A DNA stretch of 63,005 nucleotides, the filler included, from Choristocarpus tenellus KU-1152 (Eukaryota > Protista > Phaeophyceae): assembly GCA_964200185.2 (NCBI GenBank). It is 11 parts of 11 records of this genome, joined end to end, with 100 filler letters (N's around TTAATTAATTAA, not from the genome) between each part and the next. Parts side by side here need not be neighbours in the genome. Positions count along the whole stretch, not along the records: positions 1 to 3,502 come from CAXNAD020019598.1; positions 3,603 to 10,007 come from CAXNAD020008202.1; 9 more parts are not named here. One strand, 5' to 3'. Of this stretch, positions 1-10,107 are shown in pieces. The position numbers were made by a program, and so were the translations under genes. The stretch's first letter is position 1. Every line of letters starts with the position of its first letter. The notes beneath the pieces are model-generated. The model was not told the origin of the DNA and searched no databases. It worked only from the letters and a program-made list of their open reading frames with translations.

Positions 1-135
1 GTGTTCATTTGGACCAAAACCAGGAAAAGTGCATTTACTGTATCCGACGTATGCAACCAAATAACCCAAAAATCGCGACATACAAAAATTGACCCCAAAT
101 GGACAGCCGCCACCCCCTCTCAGATACTTTGAGCC
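1..135 (-). mobile_element. MITE family B copy (partial), nested at the end of a family C copy
   Basis: Reverse complement of 5341-5513; ends in TIR ...CAGATACTTTGAGCC and carries the subterminal CCCCAAATGGAC motif. Confidence 0.85.
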
Positions 136-268
136 AGGGGGTGTCGGCGTCGGTTTTTCACCCTTTTTTCGATTTTCACTTTTTGGTGTGATTAGGTCGC
201 TCGCACATGTCGGATTTGAAATGTCAGCAAAAAAAAAGTTGTTTGACCGAAACGGACGCCCCCCCCCC

Positions 269-303
<35 letters not shown>

Positions 304-317
304 ATATACTTTGACCC
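136..317 (-). mobile_element. MITE family C copy lacking about 20 bp of one end
   Basis: Reverse complement of 37191-37371; poly-C run followed by TIR ATACTTTGACCC. Confidence 0.85.
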
Positions 318-340
318 CTCTGTCAGGGATTAGAACCAAC

Positions 341-2481
341 CTTGGTGTTTGAGGCCGCTCCTTGCGGGAAATTTTGCTTCGCCATGTTGGCATTGCTTGG
401 GCATTGCCACCCCCTGACAGGTTTGCACTCACAACTCCCTGGCTGATACCTTGTGCCTGAATCATGTAGGTGGAAAAGGAGGTTGCAACAGGATATCTTT
501 TCATAGGCTAGCAAATGAAAAGAAATTGGCTGGGACTAGAATGCAGCAGGTAAGATAATACTAGAAGCAAGAGTGAATTAAACTATAGAATGGCCGATTT
601 GTTACTAAACTTATGTCCTCAAAGAAGGGAACACAATGCTGTGTGGTTCACTGACCACTTGGCAAACTGCCTGGTAGACTTGAGTTCTGTGCACTTTATG
701 CTTTCAGTACTACATTGTCTTGTCATGCCGTGCGATGCAGTGAAGACCAAATCATCTACTTCAGCTAAGAAATGATAACTTTGTGAGACCAGAATAAGAA
801 TGTTGTCTCTAAAAGCTACGTTATACTGTGGGAGTACTAGGTGGACATAATTTATTCCCAAGTTTTATTCGTCTACCCCCCCCTCCTACTGCCATAGGTC
901 CTGATGTCCTCACAATCCCCTCACCTCACCCAAAAGCACATGCCCCAAAGTGGGTAATATATGGATATTGGAAGTCTAGGGTGTACCTGGGAGTGAGTGT
1001 TGGTCCCTCCCTGCTGGTTTGTACCAGTTGCAGCAATGTCTCCAGCCTTAAGCTCGGCATGGGTGAAGGCAGGATCAGGTGACGGTGCAGAAACTGAATT
1101 CTTAGCAGTGGCGACTGCAATGGAAGCAGCTTCTTTCCTAGCTTTGAGTATCTGATCTGTCTTGTTTAGGTCGGCTTCAACTAATCGGAGCTTACGCTCA
1201 ACAGTGGTGGTTGCCCGGGCTTTGATGCGACTAGGCTTAGAGATTAAGTTTTGGGTGAGGGAGGAGCTCATGGTCGCCTCCAGGGCCACTATCCCACTAT
1301 ATGTGTTAAGGGGGGCTGTTGCAGCTGGAAGAGAAAACCTATGAAATTGTCATTAAGAGCATAGTTGATGTCTTAGGTTGGATGAGAGGGATGGTGCAAT
1401 CATTTCTTTTCTTTTGCAAATAATTGTATAGAGCTAGTGCTACAGAGCAGTTGGTGAGGGAGATGGGAATATTTTCAGTGATGAAGTGTAGCTTGGTGTT
1501 GACAAGATTAAAACCTTCTACTAAACACCCATGTGACCTATACTGGAGGGATTTTGGGAGGTTCATTTTGTGCAGTATAGTGTATTGTAGCCAGTGAGAC
1601 AGTTGTACGAGAGGTGGCAGGAGATGCTTCATTGATTCATTCACAGCATCTTACCAACAGCATCCACGGTCCCTATAAAATGGAGATGAAACGTGGCACA
1701 TGAGTTTATCAGTCTTTGGGGGGAGATAAAAGACTTCAAATTTCACTTTGCTCTTACTTGTCACTGTCTTTGTCTATCCTCCGACCCAGGCGCTGGATAG
1801 GGGCATAAACTCCAGAGCTAAAGTCAACATACTCCTGAAAGCATTGGTGGTTAATCATGATACGTGGTAGTTTGAGTGAAAGAGAAATGTAGTGCAGGTT
1901 GAGGGGTTGTGGGGTTGCTCGGATAGACATCAGTGAATCTTGGAGGCTGAAAATAGGGGAAAGGACGTGGGTGTGGCAGCACTTGGCTGTGTATTCAACC
2001 ATTGGAAGGGTACAGAGCAATGGGGCTCAAGGAAAAATCTTTACCAAGTCTCAGAAAGGAAAAATTTAAAGGCACCTATGGAGTGCATGGAGGCCTACTA
2101 CAGAAGTAGATGCTAGCTTGTATATTTTGAATCAGTATCACAGGTGGCAATCTACCTGCACTCACAATAAATGACTCATACACTGGGGTTCAGCTACATC
2201 AGTATAGAGCATTATTCAGCATGTCATCAGGGCCCACATAAATATTTTTCTTCATTAGATGGTGGAGATTTGTCATGGAAACTCAACATCCTCTTCCAAC
2301 TGCTCCTCCCTTCTTACCCAGCCCAAGATACCTTGATGAAGTCCCTACGCCCCTTTTGGTCCTGCCCTGGGATAGGGACTGCCCGTCGAGCTTTTGTGAG
2401 CTTCCGGAGCACCTTGATCCGATTCTGTTGTATGTCAGCCACCTCATGCTCACATTCTTCCACTTTGGACTGGCGAAGGGC
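341..2481 (-). CDS. CFAP91: Cilia- and flagella-associated protein 91 (MAATS1/AAT1), internal exons only
   Basis: GT-AG exons 2481-2332 (ALRQSKVEE...[13 protein letters not shown]...RRDFIK), 1834-1758 ([17 protein letters not shown]), 1338-~1025 ([13 protein letters not shown]...) and 413-341 (KERPQTP) splice in frame. They match the recalled CFAP91 motif run RDIIxxYxDxxSxVYxPxxRLG...LNTYxGxVxLE...RPxTP. The 5' and 3' parts are absent from the contig. Confidence 0.8.
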
Positions 2482-3458
2482 CTGCATCGAAACAGAGGTA
2501 TTTGAGAGCATTAGAGGATCAAAACACCACGCTGCACAAGGGAAGTATATGTATATACATATTTGTAACTTATACATGCAGTAATCAATGGAGTGCACCT
2601 CATTGCTGGATTGGGTTTGGGCATAAAATAGCTCAAAACGCGACTCTTTGTAGTGCTCCACATGTGTTCGTCCTCTTCCCTCTTGCCACAACGACTCCTT
2701 GCAACCTCCTCCAATCCATTCACCCAGTCAACCCCCACCCCAAAACATGTGAAATCGTATGGCTATGTCCTCGGATAGGAATAGATGTGCTGAAGATGTG
2801 CATGTGTCTTGTTTGAGGCCCTCTCACTATTCCTCTTCTGTAAACCCAATATACCATACCCACATTGAAGATGTTTCAGATATTTGGAGCTGAGGTCCTC
2901 CGAGATCATCAGTACAGTGTGATAGGAACTGAAGTCGCTTGGCAACGATTCTGTAATGTATTTGATTATTGCTTCAGAGTCAAAAGTCATGAGGAAAGGC
3001 AACAAGATGTTCAGGAGAGAAATAACGTAACAGCCAAAAGAACAACCTTGAATTTGAAACTGAATAGTGGAAGTTGGGCAGGGTCTGGTACTGCCATACA
3101 CAAAACAGCCTTTCATTCTGTTCAAAGTCTTTGCTTCTGGGTTTCATCTGGAGTATATCCGTAAGTACAAAATAGTGGTTTGTTGATCCGAAAATAAACC
3201 CCTTTGTCCCGATTTTCGCTTCGAATTTCACCTTGGACCCTAGTTTCAAAGTGTTGACTGCATTGGGTGTAGGAAGGACGTGAGAAGGTGCTAGAAGCAC
3301 ATGTTATTGCTGGTGAGGATGTTGTGTATGGTTTTGGTCAGGGTAGAGAACTGTATGCTGCTGATAGGCGAGGCCAACTCACCACTACTCCCGTGTCACA
3401 CATCCGTTGGCTATTTGTGGCATGGCCTGATACATCAATAAGACATACTTCAGTGGTA

Positions 3459-3502
3459 GAGCCAAAGTATCTTAGAGGGGGCCCAAAGTATCTGGGGGGG
3501 GG
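3459..3502. mobile_element. 21 bp of a MITE-A terminus immediately interrupted by a B/C-type terminus
   Basis: GAGCCAAAGTATCTTAGAGGG (3459-3479) is followed by GGCCCAAAGTATCTGGGGGGGG (3480-3502) at the contig end. Confidence 0.75.
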
Positions 3503-3602
3503 NNNNNNNNNNNNNNNNNNNNNNNNNNNNNNNNNNNNNNNNNNNNTTAATTAATTAANNNNNNNNNNNNNNNNNNNNNNNNNNNNNNNNNNNNNNNNNN
3601 NN
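3503..3602. other. Artificial contig linker N44-TTAATTAATTAA-N44 (first of 11)
   Basis: Identical 100-bp spacers occur at 3503, 10008, 14271, 17798, 26231, 31316, 39342, 46287, 49018 and 58188 (10 located exactly; count the remainder cautiously). TTAATTAATTAA gives stops in all six frames. Separate 10-N gaps lie at 39871 and 56868. Confidence 0.9.
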
Positions 3603-3678
3603 TGAAAAACCCCAAGAGAAGCCAAGCCCCAAATGGACAAACAGGGCAAAACTCGTACCCTCTAAGATAATTTCACTC
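3603..3678 (-). mobile_element. MITE family A terminal fragment
   Basis: GCCCCAAATGGACAAACAGGGCAAAACTCGTACCCTCTAAGATAATTTCACTC is the reverse complement of the start of 6368-6625. Confidence 0.85.
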
Positions 3679-4043
3679 ATGTGTAATTTTGTTTTTTGCG
3701 TTTCTATATTGTTTTTTGCGTTGAAAGAGAGAGAGAGGCAGCAGTACACATACTGCACACTATGATGGGGTGGGATGGCGTTGAGGGATGTTCAGAGCCC
3801 GATACATACAGATAATCAACAACCCCTAAACCTATCGTCTTCAATCCAGGTTGTTCAGCAATCCAGTTTGTTCAGCAACAAAGGTACAGTTACACTAGAC
3901 ACAGAACAAAACAATAGGCTTCACTAGATCATTCAAGTCCAAGCAATTGTTTCATATAAACAGAATAGAAGGGAAAAAGTGTGTGAGGGTGGGTGATGGG
4001 TGGGGGGGCTATGTATGGCCTTTGGCATATCCAGGATGCTCAC

Positions 4044-7000
4044 CCCAGCTTCCAGAAGGACTCGCATGGCAGGGAAGTGATCATGCATAGCGGCCAGGTG
4101 GAGAGGGGTGAACCCGCTGCAATCTTTTGCATTGAGCTTATGGTGAAGCGGTGAAAGTGAGTCAGGAGAACAGTGTAGGAGACATGTTGAATTAGATGTT
4201 TGTATCAGGAAAACGTGTGTGGGGGGGGATGTTTTGATATTTTGTGCATGGAAGAGCACTCGATAGAGCTTGAATTTCCATTTGGTTGTGAGTATACGAT
4301 GAAGGAAATGTACCTGCACAAAAACATATTTCTGTACTTAGACTGCGTTAGAGTTTTAAGCAAGGCTTGGACAGGTCTATTACTACCAAACCCACAAAAT
4401 AGTAGATCTTAGGCCAGGTGTACCTGCTAAACACAGAGATTGCTGATCCACAATAAGACAAATGATCGAAAATATGCTCTGAGTGTAACCACAGTATACA
4501 TGGTAGATTCTCCTTCCGATCACTTGCAAAATAAGAAAAGAGCTATTATAGCATTATCATGCATCTCTCTTGTCCTGGTCTCTAGGAACTAGGATGATTC
4601 CTGGTAAATCTTACATAATGAGGAAAGAACCTCATACACATGTAAGTTTAACGCAACACCAACTCTGGGCTGTTGGGATATACCTTGTCCTGTCATGGGT
4701 TTTAACAAGGGGATAAAAACATGAGCTATCCGAGTAGGGACACAAGGTATATGTGAGAGGTGAAGGGACACTAGGGTGGGGAGGAGGTTAGTACCATTGC
4801 ACGCTTTGAGATCAGGATCTTGATGGCATTCTCTCTCCCCTTGGCAGCTGCTCGGTGGAGGGCAGTCCGTCCTTCATACGGAATAGTAGCAAACATAATG
4901 AAAATATAAATATATATATATCATAGGGTTAGGGATGTAGTTAGAGTAGGGATTGATCGTCTGTGTGTTGATAGGCATGATGTGCGAGAGAGCGAGGTAT
5001 GGAGTGAGTGTGCAGTAAGGCTAAGGTCAGGGCATGAGCAGAGATCAGGTAGGTGAAGGTTCCATTGATGATGCAATTATCATTTAGAGGATGCGATAAA
5101 GCTGCAGGGGGGGGAGGCATCCTCTCGGGTGATTACTACGGTAGAGAGGAGTTCTATCAATTGGTCGATATGACGTTTTTCGTGTCGTGCCCCTTTCCCT
5201 CACTGTTATTTTTTTTTTCTTATCATTATTTTTATTCTAATATATGGGCTACTCATATTGAGGGGAAGTGAGCTCACAAGAGGGTTGTTCTTTGACCAGG
5301 AAACGAGGGCACGAAGAGGACTGTAATAGTTAGGAGAGGAGACCCAAAGTATCTGGGAGAGGGTGGAAGCTGTCCATTTGGGGCCAGTTTTTTTGATGTA
5401 GCGATATTTGTGTGTTGCATACGTCGGATGGATAAAGTAAGTACACCTTTCCTAGATATGATCCAAATGGACACCCTGGTGTTGACCCCCCCCCCCCCCC
5501 ACAACTTTGGGCTAGGGGGGAAATAGTTAGGAGAGGAAGGAGGTGCATAAATGGAATGCGGAAGCCTTAGCACAGAGAGCAGGCGTAGGGAAAGAAACGT
5601 GAAGTAATTGGGTTTACCATTCATGGAGGTCAAAACGCTTAAGAAGAGACTATTCAAAAGTTCCTACCCTTTATAGACGGATGTGCCACACCGTGGTTAC
5701 TTGGCTGACTACTCTCGTTGCGTTGGGCATCACTATGTTTTGAGTTTCGGCTAGGGTTAGGGTGAGGAGAAGAAACATGTTATCAATGATATGCAAAAAA
5801 ATGGAAACATGTTTATAGCTGGGGGGCCTGCTGCGTGCTGGGGGGTGTAGCTGTTGGAGTAAGGATGGGGATGTGAGCAAAAGTACTGGCGTTGTGTTCG
5901 TTGTCACGGTGAATGAGATTGAACCAAGTGTGCACAAACGTGTTGCGTATCTCTGTGCCCTGAATATCCTGGTCTGCCTCACTTCAAGCATCTATATCGT
6001 TTAATGTGTGTGCTGCAATAGTTAGGGAGTTGCTAGTTTAAATCCAGGCGATAATCAAAGTATATCGATAATAATTCCACCATCAAGACAAGAAGTACAT
6101 CGAGAAGTACTACGAACCTTCTCAAGTAAATATAGATGTACACTCCGGAGAGTAACAAGGGCGTAGGAATATACCTTTCACAAGGCAAATTCAACCCCAA
6201 CGGTTCACTACACACATTTAAAACCGTTGCATTGGTGCAAATGTTGCTCTTGACGCATAGCCTCCAAAACATAATTTTTTTTTGTACAACTTCATCACAA
6301 GTGTTTGACATCCCCACAGACAGATACCTGAAGGTGGAGTGGTATTGGAATTTTGACGACAAGCAAAGAGCGAAAGCATCTTAGAGGGTACAAGTTTTGC
6401 CCCGTTTGTCCATTTGGGGCTTGACTTCCCTCGGGGTTCTTACGACATTTTCCTACTCCAAAATATTTCGGAGTAGGTAAAATGTATACGTTATTAAAAG
6501 GTGTGTCAGGAACAAGGATATTGACACTTCCTAACAAGCACGATAGCCAAAAATACATCGAAATCACAACAACGGATTTTGGCTCCCAAATGGACGCAGC
6601 TCTACCCTCTAAGATACTTTGGCTCAAAGGGAAATAGTGTGTGCAAATATTTGAGACCCCATCATTGCTGCCGAGCATGTGTCTTCTCACCATTGCTGCT
6701 AACCATTTTGGGGTTAGCTCCTTCGCCCAGTAGGAAGTGCATGAAGGAAGTGTGGCCATTCCCTGCAGCCATCATGAGAGGAGTCCATCCCATCTGCTCA
6801 CCGAGGAGAGTGATTAGGCAAAACAAGTGGGGGCACGGGCGATGGGCTGGCTCAGGATGACCAGCCAAGAACTGCATCACTTAAAAAGAAAAATGTGTTG
6901 AGAAATAGACCTATCCATCCCTAAAGGCACAGAAGAAACATAGAAATAAATCCGACCATCAGGGGAACAGGGGGTGCAACCTCAGCTCACACTCGAACCG

Positions 7001-9240
7001 CTCCTCCTCTTACAGTCTCCCCCCAAAAGAAGTCCAGTGCTAGTATACCTCACGCTCTTCACCACCAAAAAAAATTATTGTCAATAGTTTCGTCCTTCCA
7101 ACAATTTGCCACACAACTTGCCTTATCTTGGGGGTCTACAAACACTGCGTTTCCACACAGAGCGCGAAGGGCACGTGCGGCATCGGTTTGTCCAAAAGCT
7201 GCCATTGTATGCATGGAAGTCTCCCCAGTTCCAGCACCGGTGTTTGGATTGCAGCCGCGAAGCATCAGTTCTTGCACTATTGGGATAAGGAAACACGATT
7301 ATTGGGATATTGGCAGAGTGCATGTTTAGTGTGTGTGTTGGGGGGTGATTGCGGGAGATGTGGGGAATGTGGGACATTTGGGGCATGTGTTGGGTAGGCG
7401 CTGAAGGCCTGACTGAGATCATGTGAACGAGAGGAAGCCCAGTGGTGGCAAGTCTACCAAACCCTTGTTTGCATGGGTTTTCGCGACCAAGGTCTACTGA
7501 AAGTTGGCGGACTTCCACGCCTTATGACGGAAAGAGCAACCAGCGAAAAGGTATACACTGCGCCCTATACAATACAGAGCAGTTGGCAAGAGACACTATA
7601 CAGGCTCAGTGTCTATGCAGAACGAAAGATTGGAGGAGGAATACCGTTGTGCTGCTTCGTGGCTGTTGATTGGTGTCATGCCCGGATGGACAGTGTAAAA
7701 AGAACAAAGTCGTATCTGCGCTTCAATCGTCGAACAATAAGCCCATACTAGAAGCGTACTCACTGAGACTACGTTTTTAGTGTCCCCGGAGAGAGTGTCA
7801 GTGATGGAAGTGGACACGATTGGAAATGGGCGACCGTATGCTATTGTTGGTTCTGTGACATTGTGATGTTGTTAAGCAATCCAAGGCATGTTTCGCACTT
7901 CTGATAGACCGGACCACAAAAAAGTATATGAGTATAAAGGCTCTCCTTTTGTTCCTGCTGCTCTTAGCGTTAGGGTTAGGGTTATCCTCCCTCATACTTC
8001 AAATAATAGCTCACACATATTTTCCAGGGACTTTTTCTTCAACTGTGCAAAGTTATTGCCCAATCCCTAACCCTTTTCATTATCCCACCCTTACATGGTG
8101 ACCTTTGGATCATGCAAACCTAACCCTTCCACCCTTTATGCCCTCAATTCCTCGAGCTCAAATTTGACCATTTATCACTTCTTAACCACTTCAAGTCATC
8201 AAAAGAGGTTCTGCCAATTCCCTTATCCTTACCTGCCCCACCCCTCCTCCCCACACCCACCTCCCTTTCTTCACCTAATTGAGTATCCCCCCTCCCAGAA
8301 GCCTTCCTGAGGTGGGCTCCAAACTTCCTAGCCGGGGCAAGTACCAGCTGGATGAGCCGAATGAACCCTGCACAATCTAGTTTCCCCCCTTCACTCTTCA
8401 GGTGCTCCCATCTTGCCTCCACTAGCTGCCGAAACAGGGCATCATCTAGTCGCACCCCAAGACTGGTGGACCAGAGAGGACAGAAAATAGATTTTGCTTG
8501 GGAGTAGAAGGAGGGTGAGACAAGGAAGGACAGTATAGATGAGTGCATGCAGTACATACGTGTTTTGGCCTAGGAGGAACATGCTTGTTTGTGTACGTGT
8601 AAGAGAAAGTACATGAGGGTAGAGAGGACTGATTTACTGATGGGTAGTTTCATGTTGTAGACAGCATGTGATGATCAAATATATCTTTGTCGGGTGCAGA
8701 TTGCCTTAAGAGTCCTGGAAGATCCTCAAGTGTTATTTACGACCATGAGCTCTACACCTAGGTCTAGTGTTTTATTAGTCTTCACCTCCAGGGTGCTCTG
8801 GCCTACAAATATTGATGCACCATCTTTGTCACCATCATCTAGTAGGTGGTATGTTGTTGCTGACATAGCTTGAGCTGCCTATCCTACACCAAATATTCCT
8901 TTTCCCCTCTGCTAAGGATGTTGTAGTTGATGGGTGGATGCTTAAAATGGCAACCTTACACGTACTCCAAGAAAAAGATGCTTCAGGACAAGTCCTATCG
9001 TGCAAAATCTCCCCTCTGTGGGCTTGAAATGGTGCGTTTACCAAGGATGTTGCAAGTGTTTGATATTTGTGTTGATTTCTCCCCTCCCCCTGCAATTCAA
9101 CACCTCTCAAGTGCCCGACGAGTAGATCCCAGACTTAGGAATCCTCCATCTTGCTTCTCCTGAAATGCAGAAGTCGCATCTTCTTCCTGCTTACTGCTCA
9201 GTTTAACCTTGGTCACAGTGAAGGAGAGGGGAAGCACCAT
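4044..9240 (-). CDS. Ankyrin-repeat protein with N-terminal degenerate EF-hand pair (3' end missing)
   Basis: In-phase exons are 9240-9104 (ATG), 8462-8275, 7276-7122, 6793-6691, 4871-4795 and 4136-4044. Ankyrin motifs are GETSMH, GWTPLMMAAGNGH, GRTALHRAAAKG and GFTPLHLAAMHDH. EF-like segments are DGGFLSLGSTRRALESLG and GGKLDCAGFIRLI. Confidence 0.85.
5341..5513 (+). mobile_element. MITE family B, full length (~173 bp), intronic
   Basis: TIRs GACCCAAAGT.../...ACTTTGGGCT with inverted subterminal GTCCATTTGG / CCAAATGGAC. Other copies are at 1-135, 31416-31521, 58102-58187 and 62966-63005. Confidence 0.85.
6368..6625 (+). mobile_element. MITE family A, full length (258 bp), intronic
   Basis: TIRs of about 23 bp, GAGCGAAAGCATCTTAGAGGGTA / TACCCTCTAAGATACTTTGGCTC, flanked by AAA/AAA. 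Three further full copies occur in the window. Confidence 0.9.
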
Positions 9241-10107
9241 TATATTATGTTCATGCGACAAATTTGAGTGCTATTACTACGCATTTCCTATTTTCCATGC
9301 TTCTGGTGAATGTTTTATGAGTTTATGTTTGCATAATGTGCCAGCATAAATATATGGTCCCGGAAAATATATATACGCACCTTGATGTTTTGCGTGTCTG
9401 TCTGTTCTGCTCGGCAATTTTGAACGTCTCTGGTACTAGATTGGGTATGTGTGTATGTATATATTCGTATTCGACATGTTCGGTCGAGGTAGGGGGTACG
9501 CATCCTTTAGCTTGTTGTCAACACTTCTCTTGGCCGCTTATCATTAGCGTCAATATCGACATTCCTAGAAGTCTACTACACAACAAATATTATTTCACGT
9601 ACGGCTGGGGAAACCTGCGATACACGAGATCTCTTTTTCGGCTGCATTGCGCAGGCACAGGCTCAGTTCCTGAGGCTCCGAGTTTGTCTTTAAACGTTGT
9701 CGACGGAGAGAGTTGCTCCTACAACTCCTGGCATGATGTGCCCGACTGATGATCACACCTCGTGCCCATTTCTCCCCCTTCGTTCCCATCTATACAGGGC
9801 GTCCTCGCGCCAGGCACCAAAACAAAGATTGGAGATACAGTGGTACATCCAAACAAAAAACACATACTAGGTCGAAATCTCCTACAACGTACTCCATTGA
9901 GACTACCTTTACCCCTCGAAGCCCCTTACCCCATCACGGTCAAGTCCGGCCTCGAGGATGGTCCCAGCATGTTGTGAGATGACTTTTTGCACCTCTGGTC
10001 TGTGGTANNNNNNNNNNNNNNNNNNNNNNNNNNNNNNNNNNNNNNNNNNNNTTAATTAATTAANNNNNNNNNNNNNNNNNNNNNNNNNNNNNNNNNNNNN
10101 NNNNNNN

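Noticed and set aside
89-352. Pro/Gly-rich ORFs such as 89-352, 17581-17775 and ORFs overlapping MITE copies
   Set aside because: They arise from poly-C/G runs and non-coding MITE sequence.
3547-3558. TTAATTAATTAA as a biological motif (PacI-like site or piggyBac TTAA target)
   Set aside because: It is always centred in 44+44 Ns, so it is an assembly linker.
3459-3678. One MITE-A spanning the first linker (both sides in the same orientation)
   Set aside because: The flanks GTA/ATG do not form a duplication, and contigs commonly break in these repeats, so coincidence is likely.
6368-6625. MITEs as introners (intron-generating elements)
   Set aside because: Copies sit deep within existing introns or within other TEs, and their ends do not coincide with splice sites.
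6975-7015. GGTTCGAG T-loop-like word (minus strand) as tRNA/SINE
   Set aside because: No cloverleaf or A-box could be built around it.
341-9240. Ankyrin-CFAP91 fusion gene (same strand, complementary missing ends)
   Set aside because: The two parts are separated by an artificial linker and the CFAP91 N-terminal half is absent; nothing supports contiguity.
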